The notes: generated by a model from the letters alone, not told the origin. DNA of 55,005 bases, filler included, from an uncultured virus (IMG/VR IMGVR_UViG_2061766007_002010) (9 parts of one record of this genome joined end to end with filler, not necessarily neighbours in it); one strand, 5' to 3'; counted from the first letter of the whole stretch, positions 1-13,366 are shown. Numbers and translations: made by a program.

Positions 1-283
1 ATTTCTAGGATTTCATCGACGCTTCCATTATTCTTTATCAATTCACTACGTTTCTTAAACAAATCCAACTGTTTTTCAATAGAAGCATATTCTTCATTAT
101 TCGAATTTAAACCAAGAGATTGAGCTTGGCTTAAACGTTCAGAAAGATTCATCTGAATAGCATTTAATTCGGATTGTGTTAACGGACGTTGAGTAGTCAA
201 TGCGTTTGCTTTATTCTGATGGATTGTAGCAGCATTTTTATTATATTCTTCCTGAGTTCTAGAATTAAGTATATCGTCTTTAA
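1..283 (-). CDS. Fragment of the upstream coiled-coil part of the NlpC/P60-containing protein
   Basis: Open minus frame ending ...SLGLNSNNEEYASIEKQLDLFKKRSELIKNNGSVDEILE; bases ~1-116 are nearly identical to ~839-954. Confidence 0.65.
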
Positions 284-293
284 NNNNNNNNNN

Positions 294-954
294 GTACATA
301 TTCGCCCTGTACTTGATTTTTAGAATCTCCAGTAGATTCTGCGGTTTTAACAACAGTCTTAGTAGAAAGACTAGAAACATCCTGGTCAATAAACAAGATA
401 TGGTCTCGACTCTGGTCCTTACCAGAACCACCAGTAGTAGTTGCACGTAATGCAATATCGCCACGTTTTAATTCCATACCTTCTTCAACTTCGACTTCTT
501 CGTATAATTCAGGGTGTTCAATCATATATTTCTGAATTTCACGTGTATTAAGACGCTTCTTGTCGGTTGCATAATTCATAATGCTCTTGTCAACAGCCGC
601 AAGAATAGGAGTAGCAAATCCGGAACAGTCAATGCCTTTAGTTTTGTCTCCGTTCCAAGAACGATCCTTGAATTCCATGCTTGTCGTATCAACATAGTCC
701 TGATGACCATATACAAGACCTTCAGATTTACTAATCGACTTCATTTCTTCAATCTTAGAAACGAGAAGACCGGTATCGCCATTAGAAGAAGATGCACCCG
801 TTACATTCAAAGTATTTACACTAGCAAGCTGTCTATCAATTTCTAGGATTTCATCGACGCTTCCATTATTCTTTATCAATTCACTACGCTTCTTAAACAA
901 ATCTAACTGTTTTTCAATAGAAGCATATTCTTCATTATTCGAATTTAAACCAAG
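294..954 (-). CDS. NlpC/P60 peptidoglycan-hydrolase domain in a larger, probably tail-associated protein (partial)
   Basis: GIDCSGF catalytic-Cys motif, followed by LKRGDI and DHILFI (catalytic His) at typical spacing; both ends lie in gaps. Confidence 0.75.
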
Positions 955-998
955 NNNNNNNNNNNNNNNNNNNNNNNNNNNNNNNNNNNNNNNNNNNN

Positions 999-1010
999 TT
1001 AATTAATTAA
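999..1010. other. Artificial contig linker; also at 2713-2724, 14801-14812, 33032-33043, 43777-43788, 48974-48985, 50488-50499, 51979-51990
   Basis: Identical TTAATTAATTAA (stops in all six frames) centred in N runs, eight times. Confidence 0.97.
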
Positions 1011-1054
1011 NNNNNNNNNNNNNNNNNNNNNNNNNNNNNNNNNNNNNNNNNNNN

Positions 1055-1458
1055 GATACAACTGTATCGAAGGTACTAAAGTCGATTGGAATGTCATTCA
1101 TAGTGCAGGCCCTAAGTTCTGGGAAGAAATCGATTGGACCGCAGAAGGAAAACAGGTCCTTGATTATCTGAAAAAGCTTACTACCGAGTTGGAAATCGAA
1201 TTGTATATCCTTACAGCAGTTCGTGCTCAGGATGGCAAGGTTGGTCGAATGAACTGGCTCAGGAAGAATGTCGGTCTTGACAAGCATCACTTGTTGATTG
1301 TCAACGGCGGTAAGGAAAAAACTTACTATGCAGAACCTGACGCTTTGTTAATCGACGACTACGAAAAGAACTGTGCACTATTTAATGAAGCTGGCGGTCA
1401 GGTAATTCAGTTCAAGTCATTTGACCAAATGAAAAATAAACTTGAAGACATGATTTAA
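1055..1458 (+). CDS. HAD-family 5'(3')-deoxyribonucleotidase (5' truncated)
   Basis: FWEEIDW..EGK, YILTA, NWLRKN, KEKTYYA, LLIDD motifs typical of phage NT5C-like HAD phosphatases. Confidence 0.8.
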
Positions 1459-1459
1459 A

Positions 1460-1490
1460 AAATAAAGGAGATTTTAAAATCTCCTTTTTA
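1460..1490. terminator. Bidirectional intrinsic terminator
   Basis: AAAGGAGATTTT/AAAATCTCCTTT inverted repeat with A and T tails, between convergent genes. Confidence 0.8.
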
Positions 1491-1493
1491 ATT

Positions 1494-1856
1494 TTATAAT
1501 TTCTTAATTAACAATACTTCGTCTATCAGTTTTCGATACCCGTAATAATCGATTACCGTTTCAATAACGTCATCGTCGACATATTTGATAAGCGCCGGAA
1601 GAATATCCTCGGTAAGGAAAACATCCTTCGTAATAAAACGAATAAGACGGTCTTTCGTATTATCGTCGTCGTCAAGTTCGGTCGGTAAATCGTTTACAAG
1701 ACAATAGTCGACATAAAAATCTTCTGCGAGCTGGTCGGAAAGTAAACCAACAATCTGTAATGCAATCTTCTTGCCATATTCAGGCTTAGCAAGTACGAAC
1801 TTCTGAAGTCTTTCCTTCCACGGCATAGTTGATTCAATTAAATATTTTCTAGTCAT
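1494..1856 (-). CDS. Hypothetical protein, 120 aa, late promoter
   Basis: Complete ORF with GAGG SD and TATAAATA at 1873-1880 (-). Confidence 0.75.
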   Translation of the reverse strand: MTRKYLIESTMPWKERLQKFVLAKPEYGKKIALQIVGLLSDQLAEDFYVDYCLVNDLPTELDDDDNTKDRLIRFITKDVFLTEDILPALIKYVDDDVIETVIDYYGYRKLIDEVLLIKKL

Positions 1857-1872
1857 TTTAAACCTCTACTTA

Positions 1873-1884
1873 TATTTATAAATA
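1873..1884. promoter_or_regulatory. Overlapping divergent T4-type late promoters
   Basis: Palindrome TATTTATAAATA gives TATAAATA on both strands, between divergent genes. Same arrangement at 45903-45914. Confidence 0.85.
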
Positions 1885-1888
1885 TGTT

Positions 1889-2668
1889 ATGGCAACAGAT
1901 TACGCTTCAGAATTCACAAAATTATTTAAAAGTGGCAGTTGTTCAGTTAGAAATAAGGACTGGAACGCCCCGAAATATTTTGATAGCCAGAATAACGACT
2001 GTTATGCTGCTGAAGCCGCTCTAATGTCATCTTTAACTTCCGAGGCTTTCGGTAATTTCGGTTTCCAAGTACAATATTATATCAAGGATATTTCGACCAA
2101 GCAGGATAGGCTTTACGGTGAAGATCCTATCGAGAACGTCAAGAGAAGATTCACACTCAAGATGTATGCCGAACAGTTACCGGCATATCAGAAGACTTAT
2201 ACTCTACAAGGTATGACATACGAAGAAGTCATAACTTGCATGTGTACTATCCAGCATTTTATGGAAGCTTCGAGATACGAATACGGCACAAACCAGATAA
2301 AGTACAATTCGGAAGTTCCTAAAATAGGCGATATTATTTACCTTGAATATTCTAACCTTTTCTACGAAGTAATCAACGTCAAAACGTTCGCTGAAGGAAC
2401 ATCGTTCTTATCCAGCCCGATTACGTATACGTTCACATTGAGAATCTGGAGAAACAACCACCAGAATATTGACGAGAACAACGAGAACTCGGACAATATG
2501 GACACATTACGTGCATTTACGGAACTTGACGAAATTTTCGATATTAACGAAAAGACTTCAGAAGGTCATGCAACTTCTGAAGTAGGTTCTAAGAGTGATA
2601 TTCTTGAAATCAATACTAACTTACCGAAAGATAAGACAGATGAAGATAAGCCTAAGGATAGTGTTTAT
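1889..2668 (+). CDS. T4 gp14-like neck/head-closure protein (3' truncated)
   Basis: FGFQVQYY, DRLYGEDP, PKIGDIIYL..SNLFYEVINV, YTFTL motifs. Confidence 0.8.
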
Positions 2669-2800
2669 NNNNNNNNNNNNNNNNNNNNNNNNNNNNNNNN
2701 NNNNNNNNNNNNTTAATTAATTAANNNNNNNNNNNNNNNNNNNNNNNNNNNNNNNNNNNNNNNNNNNNGGTTTTTTCTATATTTGGATATATATTCAGAA

Positions 2801-3771
2801 TTACGAGATCCAGAATTCTCCGTTCGGGGATTCGAGACGGATATTTTCGAGGCAGTAATCGTATTCTTCCTTATAGCTGGCATAGAGCGAATCACCGTTC
2901 AACTGACCGCCGCCGGCGATAGTCAAGGTATATTTTCGGAGTGCATTTGCCCAGACCATGCCTGCACGAGCGACAACCATCTTACGGAACATAATATCGT
3001 TGAAAATCTTTACAGACTTCTGTTTTTTATAGACTTCCATAATTCCCTTACAAGGGTGACGCGGAGTAGGCCAAACTGAAAGTTCCTTTTCTTTCTCNNN
3101 NNNNNNNNNNNNNNNNNNNAATCCATCTTGGCCTGTTCGAGCCACTGAAGTGCAGCATTCCAGCTTCCGAGAACATCGCCGAAACCAGCACTGTTACCGT
3201 AACAGGAACCGCGGAAAATAGATGAAGCATTCATACTCATTACAGAATCGTAAAGTGCATTGTGCGGGAGCGTGAAAAGTTCGTTAATGTCGCCGAGCCA
3301 GTTGGCCGTAGCGAAGTCAACGACGGATTCCAATTCCTGACAAATCTTATAATGTGTACATCCAGGAATAAGGTCAAGAACCAAGTAATCACGATAGTTA
3401 CCCTGACGGAAGTAATATCTTTGGATGTAACGGATGCAGTCACCGATGATATAGTTTAACTGTTCATCTGAAATTTCAACGCAAATAACCGGACTACCGA
3501 GCATGAGCTTGATGTAGTTTCGAAGCATTGCGATATTCTGAATAGTAGTAGCTTCCAAAACTGGGTCATTCTGGCATGGACCAGGATAAGGAGGCATAGG
3601 CACCGAACCGGTATGTGCGTTCGGTGGCGGAACCGGTCTTCCAGAAGGAGGCATCGGCGGAGGCGGAGGAGGCATTGGACCAGGACCCGGTTTCGGAGAC
3701 CAAGGGAAATTTGGAGGTGGAACCTGGATAGGATCGCCAATAAAGCCTTCAGTATTCATTTCTTCATTCAT
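2801..3771 (-). CDS. T4 gp13-like neck protein with a Pro-rich N-terminal extension
   Basis: LRNYIKLMLGSPVICVEISDEQL at the N-terminus and WANALRKY...GGGQLNGDSLY at the C-terminus; frame broken only by an N gap. Confidence 0.9.
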
Positions 3772-3775
3772 ACTA

Positions 3776-3812
3776 TATTTATAGAAACTGACCCTAAAGG
3801 CTGTTATAAATA
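3776..3812. promoter_or_regulatory. Divergent late promoters (3776-3783 minus, 3805-3812 plus)
   Basis: Exact TATAAATA on each strand, each 4 nt from an ATG. Confidence 0.85.
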
Positions 3813-3816
3813 TAGC

Positions 3817-6311
3817 ATGGCTGAAGAAAAACAAATGAATAGCATCGAATATTACGTTCGAGAACATAAAAGATTAAATCCTGAACCGTATAAAACCAGC
3901 ACATTTCCTGGTTTTTATGATGAGTCAGTTCTTAAAACCAAGGAAAAGACAAGTTCACCGTTAAATATTCCAGATGACGCATTACAGGATGAAAATGACG
4001 CGACCACTGAAAAAGGATGGATTGCGCCTTATGATTTTTATAAGAATAACAGCCATACTGTAAATGATAGTGTTGACCCGAATAACGGTTTTATTCAGGC
4101 ATCAGATAAGACAACAGATAACGTTTTTAAATATAAAGATTTATATTGGTGGTGCGAAGATTTACATAACTGGTGTGTTTATAAGTCTGACTGTGTAAAC
4201 AATCAGTATCTTAATTCTTTTTACCTTCATGTATGGAACGGTTTAAATAACTGGGTTCCGGCGACTTATGCTTTCAGAGTATTCCCAGATCAAAAGTTTG
4301 CGCCGTTACAGAATAAAATTATAGACGGTAAAATAAACCGTAACGAAATTATTGTAATGCATCGCGGTGCAATGAAGAACTCTCCTTGTAATTGGCAGTT
4401 CTCTAATGGTCCGTTGACTATTAACCACGCTTTTATACTTAAAAAGGCAGATAGNNNNNNNNNNNNNNNNNNNNNNNNNNNNNNNNNNNNNNNNNNNNNN
4501 NNNNNNNNNNNNNNNNNNNNNNNNNNNNNNNNNNNNNNNNNNNNNNNNNNNNTAATAATTTTTATGTCGATTTTTATGTTCGCGATGAATTTGCTAAGAC
4601 TAATTCTATGTGGGTCATGTTCACTACTGATGCGAATAATAAGGAAATACCAAAACATTCTCCATTCTATTCTAACCATCAGNNNNNNNNNNNNNNNNNN
4701 NNNNNNNNNNNNNNNNNNNNNNNNNNNNNNNNNNNNNNNNNNNNNNNNNNNNNNNNNNNNNNNNNNNNNNNNNNNNNNNAATTTCCCAAGAACGATTTAT
4801 TGGGATAATACCAATAGTGGTAGTTTCACAAATAAATTAATAAGTGATAGGTCTGCATTTGAACAAAAATACGGTAGTGAAAAAGTAAAGACTCCGTTGA
4901 ATTACCGATTCTGTAAATATAACCATGTGCTTATGTCTTCATTGGCAATGGAAAAGATATTTGCTGTTCAAGTTTATACAAAGGATAAAAACGGAAATTT
5001 AACATTGGTACCTAATCTTTGGTTAAACCAGGATGCACCTGCTGGCGATAGAAGAAGCTTGGGCGATGTTACAAATAATCCGCCATTGTACATGAGTTAT
5101 GTCGATATTGCTGAGATTTTCTTTAGGGGTACAATGGATAGCGACGTATTGTGGACAATGCCGGCAAATAGACATAATGATAATTCTACGGAAGATTTTG
5201 ACCGTGATATTATTTGGAAACCAAAGAATTACTTATTGATGACTACCTTGTTGAGTATGCTCCAAGAAGCATATCTTGATGAACATCANNNNNNNNNNNN
5301 NNGTTTTTTGATTTGGACGCCGAAAAAGTTAAAAAATGGTATACCAATACGATAGATACTATTACTACGTATGGACAATATTTTACCGTGCTTTATCAAC
5401 CGGATCCTCAAAAGAACGTTATTGTAAGACAAGAATTTTATATGCCGATGATTAACAATCCAGGTGATGGTATGTATTTGGGATATACATCAGATACAGC
5501 ACCATGGGCATACGCAATAGTTCCACTAGCACCATTTATAGGTATTGGTGACCTTATTTCTTGGGGTATAAATTCTGACGAAAAGGGAAAGCATATTCTT
5601 CCGCAGCCTACAAATGCGGCTGTAATGAGATTTGAACACGAAGATAATAAGTATACATTGTTAAGCGTTACCGATTATACTACTGAAGTTGGTGACGCCA
5701 ATGAGAATAATACGAATATTCAAGGTTATAGACAGATGGCAGCTATTGTTGAACAGATGTTGAATAACCTAACTGAAGGACAAAGAATTGAAAATATAGA
5801 TTCTATGGTGACATACCCTGGTTATAAGGATTTTACGATTGTAGTCAAGGAATTGTTTAAACCGTCTACTTCTAATCTTCGTGAAGGTACAAGTATTTCG
5901 AATCCGGCAGTATATAGATTGCCGACAGGCGATATTGCCTTATGTTCTCAGTTACATTGGGGTGGTGAGCAACGTTTGATTGGTGGTCCTGGTAATTTGA
6001 ATCTTCCTAATCCAGTTCAAGATAGTGTAGATAATGCTGATGCATTTATCAATAAGCAATGTCAGCTTTATTTTGGAAACGGTAATAAAAAGACCATCAA
6101 CGAACATTGGCTTAAGGAATATAATACAGAACTTGATTATTCGAGTAAAGATTTCGGTATTGTAGAAAACCAGGCATTACAGTCAGGCTATGTTTTTGAA
6201 CAAATAAATAATAATAATACTGATAAGTTTAAATTGACATTATCTACATATAGACCAGTTGTTATTACGAGCGTATCTGGCGAAAATGTGGATGTCGCAA
6301 AGAAGTGGTAA
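3817..6311 (+). CDS. Large hypothetical, probably virion protein (~830 aa across gaps)
   Basis: Starts MAEEKQ after a late promoter; open frames continue across N gaps to TAA at 6311. Confidence 0.6.
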
Positions 6312-6312
6312 T

Positions 6313-9300
6313 ATGCAATCTTTCATTTTCAATAATTATAAGAAGAAGCTTTTAAGCGGTAGACTTTCACAAGACGACGTATGGACATTCTATCTCGTTA
6401 ATAAGCAGTTCGGTGAAGACTTAGAAGAAGTCTTACCGAGTATTACCGATATAGACGCTTTACAAGCTTTTATTTATTCTACTGATGCGACTATTGCTAA
6501 GAAAGGTTCAGCGCTTGATAAGTATACTCAGCCGTATACTCCGGTTCGTTATACTTATAAGGTTGCCGATAAGACTGTTAATTCTGAAAGACCAAGTTAT
6601 GTTGACCTTGATAACTGGGAAGAATTTAATAAGAAATATCCTAAACAGGTACATTTGTATCACTTCTTTTTTGTTCCTGGCGGTGCATTATATCGTGAAT
6701 ATGAAAGTGATGAACTTGACTATGCGGGAAATAAGGTAATGAAACCACGTGGTTTCTATTATGTAGAGACTACTGAAGAACTTAAATGGTGTGCTGAAAA
6801 GGTTAACGGTATTGTAAACGGTAATAAGTCTGAAGTTTACAATAATAAAATCAATATTGTTTTAGGCGACAATATCGGTTATGGAAAAGCTCTTGAAAAC
6901 GAATACAAGGAAATAGATTTTTCAATCGGTTCTGATATTGATAGACCGTTTGAAGGTATCTTCTACGGTAATGGCTATATAATTCAGAATATTGAATTGG
7001 TGTGTAAAGGAAATAGCACCGGTTTAATTGGCTATCTCGGTACAAGCGGTTTAATCCATACTATTCGTGTAGCCGGTCATAATTTGATTCGCTGCGGTAA
7101 AAAATTAAATATTACCCACATGATGCAGGATGCCAGCGATATAAATGCTGGTTTCCTTTGCGGTAAGAATAATGGTACTATTTCAGATGTAACCTTTACA
7201 GGTAAGGTTACTTTTGCTGAATTCATTCCAGGAGTTTATACCGTACGAAATAAGACTGATGATGGTGGAAACGCATTTGATAATCCGGATGTAAATACCT
7301 ATTATCCAGACTATCTTTGCATAAATTCTATTGCAAATATCGTTCCATATATCGGTTATTTTAATGAAGGCGTTTTTGGTACTTGGGCATATAGTGCAGG
7401 TCCGTCATTATATCCTACTAATTATTTTAGTGCTTCCAATAAGGGTTATTGGAAATCTAATGCTGTATATGCAGGCGATATAAATGTTGGAAATCTTAGT
7501 AATTATTATCCTTATGATAATCAGGGATGTGGCGAATGGGCATATCCTGAAGTGGTAGATAACGCAAACAGCATTTATGAAACTGTAACTGGTCATACNN
7601 NNNNNNNNNNNNNNNNNNNNNNNNNNNNNNNNNNAAACAGACTGACTGGAGTACATATCTTTCGTTATTGAAATATACATATTCTGCAAATCCTACTACA
7701 AGGCATTCGATTTGGAATTGGGAAATTCAATCTACCCAGTATCTTGATAAGCCTTTAAAGATGCACCAGTTTAACCGTGTAGCTTATAATACAGGTTTGC
7801 TTATCGGTTGTAATGAAGGTTCTGTCTGTAATGTTGCTATGAATGCAACTGCATATACTTCCGGTACTTATGTAGGTTTCCTTGGCGGTATTGCTGGTAA
7901 ACAGGCTATTGAAGGCGCAGATAAAATTTTCAATAACGTTTGTGTTAACTTGACCGCGGCTGACGTTGTAGACGATAAACGCGATTATTATATTTCTGAC
8001 GACGGTGATACTGTTCGTGTTGAAGATACTAACCCGGAAAATATCGTAGAATTCGTAACTGATTTGTTAGCTTCCGAACCGAATTATTCAGTTTTGAATA
8101 ACCCGTTATATGGAACAAATAGCATATATAACAGCGACGAATATCGTAAAAAATTAAATATTGGCGGTACACATTCCGATGGTACTTTTGACTGGGGTGA
8201 TACTTCGTTAATTCGTTTGAATATTAACGGTTATTCTGGTATGACCTCTGGAACTCTTAATCATGAGTTTGATATTGCACAATCCGCATTTGATGGTATT
8301 TGCTATCATTATAATGGATTTGGTTATGAAATGCCAGCTCCGCCATATATCGAACCGCATCAGAAGTTTGCAAATGCATGGATTTTAAGAAATACCATTT
8401 TGACCAACAGCGCATATTCTGGTAGTCTTACTGCTGTTAATACAGTTGAACCTTATTCTGGTATGCATGTTGAAGATTCTGCTGAAATTGCATTATCAAA
8501 CTATGAAATTTTTGATAAGCGTACAGGCGGAACTTATGGATTTAATCATTCCAAGTCTTTGGGTATAATTTATAATTACGGTCGTTACGGTCATGAAGGA
8601 TCTTTAACTAATGATATTAAAGACCCATACAGTAAAGATACTGATGGAAATGCTCTTTCTAACGATGACAAGATTCAGGTTAGAGAAGCTAATTTGGTAG
8701 CAGGTCCTGAAGGTTATGCATTTACAACATATACTGATTTTGCTACTTACAGTATTGATAAGTGGTATAATAGTTGGGGTATTAGAGATTCTGTAAAACT
8801 TGCATTTGACCATTTTGGTCCTAACGGATTTGCAAAAGGCGAATTCTATATTTACAACTGCGCTATTGGAAATTTGGTTCTTAAAAAGCGTGATACAGAG
8901 CTAAGACTACCTAATACATTTGAACGTACGATGTATAATGTAGCCGGAATTTATGGCACAAACAGCTATACTTATGATACATATGATATTGTTGGTGCTA
9001 CTAATGTAGTATTGTCGATTTACATTAAAAATGTAGTAGCTAAAACTGTTAGCTATTATACTTTGACTATTCCGGAAATCTTGAATAGCGACCAGAGTAT
9101 TGGCGGTACGAAGTTTACGAATAAGGCTTCTAATGAATTCTTCATTGCAAACTATGAAAATCCGAACGCCAATAAGCCAGTAGTATCGTTCTTGAAGGAA
9201 CGTTATGTAATTGACGGTTGTAAGAACTATAAGATTGAATTGAAGTCAATTAAGAATATTGGTGCTTTGTTTGGTTCGTTGGTTCTTGGTACTAATGCTA

Positions 9301-11241
9301 ATATTAGTAATGTTTCTGCATACTTGAACAATCAGCATACAACTTGTTTTGAAAGCTTTGCTAACCATAAGTGTATTGAAGGTGGTTTGATTTCTGACTT
9401 GGGAACAGTCGTCAATATCAGTGCTTTTGATGTAAGTGCTGCAAGTGCTTCCAATAACTTCTTCAATGACGAAAATCTTAAGAAAATCTGTACTGGACGT
9501 AATGGATATTTCATGACGTCTTCGAATCCAGGTCAGCCTGAAGTTTATGTCAAGTATAAGACGCTTAGCGGTGTAAATTATGGTTATTGGAGTGATGTAG
9601 ACGGATTTAAACTTTCCGGTGGTATGACTGTTGGTCTTTTTGGCAACAGCCTTATGTACGCATTCTCTCCGTTTGCACATCCGGAATTACATGACTATTC
9701 ATTTGACAACCGCTTCGCACCGTTCGCAGCAGTTTGTGAATATAATTCATCGAATATCAGCGATAAGTATAATAGAACCTCTACAATAGTCCAACATTAT
9801 ATAAACATGAATAATGTTAACTGTGTATATACTGAATCCAATAATTATTCAGATACACAGGCAGGTCCTTATAGACATTATGGTCCGATGATTCTTGCAA
9901 ATAACGATTGGCAGTTTTCTCGTGATAAGGCATTCAACGCATATATGAATACCATTATTCCGACTTATGCTTTCGGTATCGCATTACCGTTTATTGCAGA
10001 AATTAAGCCAACATATATGGCAATTCCGTCGATTAACCAGTCGCCGTTGTCGAATATTGATACTTACGGTGATTATACACCGTCTGCAGCATATAAGCGT
10101 TTAGGTATGTTTACGATGGACCAGATTGTTGCTGCTCCGACAAATGACCCTAACTATTGGTCTATTAACCTTAACGTTGACCTTCCAGGCTTTGCAGGTA
10201 TCATTGATAGATCTGAAAATAAAAATACTCAAGTAACTAAAGCATTTGGTTTTGAGATTAATAATGATGATTCTTCGTTTGAACGTGGCAAGACTACTGG
10301 TAATTTGCTTGANNNNNNNNNNTGACCACTTGTTTAACATGGATCAGGTAAAAATCAATAAGCTCTATTACGGTTATATTAGTCCGGAAACCAATGAAAT
10401 TGTTCCAGGCGAAGGTTATGGCCGAATGCTTCATAATTATGCAGAAGTTGCTGATACCATGAGACTCGGAATGGATCCGCAGTCGNNNNNNNNNNNNNNN
10501 NNNNNNNNNNNGTATACTCAGAATAAGGTTCTTGCACCGGATATGTATTTCGGTAGTGACCTTGTATTGTATAAGGATGTTCCGTATGCAAGCGGTTATT
10601 ATGGTGATCCTGGCGCAATGACTATTATCGGTAATAATTATAATCCGTTTAGCATCGGTGAATATCATCAGTATTTCTCTCCGGTAACTACGAGCGCCGT
10701 AACAAATAACGTTTTGGCAACTGAACCGTTCAAGTACAACAAGACCGTCAATATAATCAATAGTATTAAGGACCTTGTAAAGGATAAGGACTATGGTTGG
10801 TTGTGGTCTGGTATCAAGGGAAATATTATCAAGGCCAATGCCGCAGATGCTTATACCGGTACAGACAAGTTCAAGTATAATTTCGTTAAGGAAGTTCTTA
10901 CTTCTGCTCGTAAATTTACGCTTCCGGTAAAGCTTGAAGAAAACGCCAATAAGTATGGTTTCTNNNNNNNNNNNNNNNNNNNNNNNNNNNNNNNNNNNNN
11001 NNNNNNNNNNNNNNNNNNNNNNNNNTTCATTATTGCACTTAGGCGCTACATTCTCTGAAAAGTCTATCTTGGATAGCCTTAAGACAGAACGTATTATTTC
11101 TGCTGCAAGCGGCATTATTTGTGAAGACTTTGATGGTTTGCTTGTTGTCGATAAGCATAAAAATAATGTGATGTATATAGATGTAGGTCTCGGTGAATGT
11201 GACGGTACTCAGTCTTGGTCTATGACTTGTAGTGCTGAGGG
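6313..11241 (+). CDS. Very large GLUG-motif-like beta-solenoid protein, putative virion fibre/adhesin (>1600 aa)
   Basis: PFEGIFYGNGYIIQNI, GLIGYLG, NAGFLCGKNNGTISDV, VGFLGGIAG, NIGALFG motifs; single-gene status across gaps is inferred. Confidence 0.6.
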
Positions 11242-11334
11242 NNNNNNNNNNNNNNNNNNNNNNNNNNNNNNNNNNNNNNNNNNNNNNNNNNNNNNNNNNN
11301 NNNNNNNNNNNNNNNNNNNNNNNNNNNNNNNNNN

Positions 11335-12481
11335 TAAAGGTAAGTCCTGCTAAAAGCGTGGTATTCAGACGCTATATTGATTATTTAACTATGAATGATA
11401 CTCAAAAGCGAATCCGTGATTTTAATCCTGGACGTTACCATATCTATACATTTCCGATAGTTCCTGGAATATCTAATTCTGTAAAATGGAAGTGGGATAA
11501 AGAATCGGATAAAGACATTTATTATCTCAGTCAGTATAAAGGAACAGATATTGGCTGTNNNNNNNNNNNNNNNNNNNNNNNNNNNNNNNNNNNNNNNNNN
11601 NNNNNNNNNNNNNNNNNNNNNNNNNNNNNNNNNNNNNNNNNNNNNNNNNNNNNNNNNNNNNNNNNNNNNNNNNNTAATTATACTGCGTATAACTATAATC
11701 CTGTAGCTAATAGACTTAATAGAAAGAACTATGAAGAGACAATATTAAAACCTAATAATTTCAATTTTAATTATTGGGGTCAGACATATGATTTCGGAAG
11801 CGGTTATAACAATGAAGATTATTTGCTTTATGGAATAACTGAAACTACTTTTGAAGATAGCCAGACTGAAATGACTTCGCTGCCATGCGATTATGAAATC
11901 AAGAAAATGACTACAAAGANNNNNNNNNNNNNNNNNNNNAATTCCGGTAACGTATGCTGAATTGCATAATTCTTTCTATACGCCGGATGGAATAATTAGA
12001 ATTGAATGGTCACAAAATGGTATTATAACTATAGTGTAATATGCACAGAGGATTCGGAACAGTATTGAGACCACATTTATGGGGTTGTAATAAGCCAGAG
12101 CTTTCGCGAGTGGCTATTTCTACTGCTATACAAGAATATTTTACTGAAGCATTTAACACACATACGGCTTTACCGTGTTTTATGGTACAAGGCGCTATTA
12201 CAACTCCTNNNNNNNNNNNNNNNNNNNNNNNNNNNTACATTTATTCCCGGTATAATTAACCCGTTGACATTTACACAAAAGATAAAGAAAGAACCGTTTT
12301 ATGTTCAGCTTGTATCTATTATAACGGATTTCTTAAGAACTTGTACTGTAACCGTGGATATTAAAAATATCGGTGCTGTTGTACCTATGATGGTACCGTT
12401 TCAAGGCTTGTTGAATTTGACACCGTTCGGTCAACAACTTGAAACAAGCATGAAGACTATAAAAGCTCCAAATGCAGAAGC
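11335..12481 (+). CDS. Hypothetical protein(s), fragmented by gaps
   Basis: Open plus-strand frames between N runs; start and stop not visible. Confidence 0.45.
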
Positions 12482-12965
12482 NNNNNNNNNNNNNNNNNNN
12501 NNNNNNNNNNNNNNNNNNNNNNNNNNNNNNNNNNNNNNNNNNNNNNNNNNNNNNNNNNNNNNNNNNNNNNNNNNNNNNNNNNNNNNNNNNNNNNNNNNNN
12601 NNNNNNNNNNNNNNNNNNNNNNNNNNNNNNNNNNNNNNNNNNNNNNNNNNNNNNNNNNNNNNNNNNNNNNNNNNNNNNNNNNNNNNNNNNNNNNNNNNNN
12701 NNNNNNNNNNNNNNNNNNNNNNNNNNNNNNNNNNNNNNNNNNNNNNNNNNNNNNNNNNNNNNNNNNNNNNNNNNNNNNNNNNNNNNNNNNNNNNNNNNNN
12801 NNNNNNNNNNNNNNNNNNNNNNNNNNNNNNNNNNNNNNNNNNNNNNNNNNNNNNNNNNNNNNNNNNNNNNNNNNNNNNNNNNNNNNNNNNNNNNNNNNNN
12901 NNNNNNNNNNNNNNNNNNNNNNNNNNNNNNNNNNNNNNNNNNNNNNNNNNNNNNNNNNNNNNNNN

Positions 12966-13339
12966 TCCCGGCGAATAATTATTTCTATGAAATTCGCGAT
13001 GTCAAATACTATGAAGAAGCTTTCGGTTTGAAACCGCATACATATACCTTCACTTTGAAGATGTATAAGGACAACAAGTATACGATTTCAGCAGATTCGC
13101 CAACATTGTCTAATAGAAATGACCCCATATACCGGGTCGCGCCTTCGGCGCTTAGTGCACAGTTTAATTACGAAGATCCATTGGCAATTAATGATAACAA
13201 TTTGGCTTCGGCATGGGCAGGAAAAGACCCATATAATACGGATATGCATTACGAATATCCTGACCCGTTAGTTGAATATGACGACGATAGGCCAGCGGAA
13301 AATAATAAGAAATATTATGACCCTTTCCAGGGGTGGTAA
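12966..13339 (+). CDS. Second gp14-like neck protein (C-terminal part)
   Basis: PANNYFYEIRDVKYYEEAFGLKPHTYTFTLKMY aligns by eye with YSNLFYEVINVKTFAEGTSFLSSPITYTFTLRIW of 1889-2668. Confidence 0.7.
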
Positions 13340-13366
13340 AATTAGCCTTATATATAAACATAGAAT

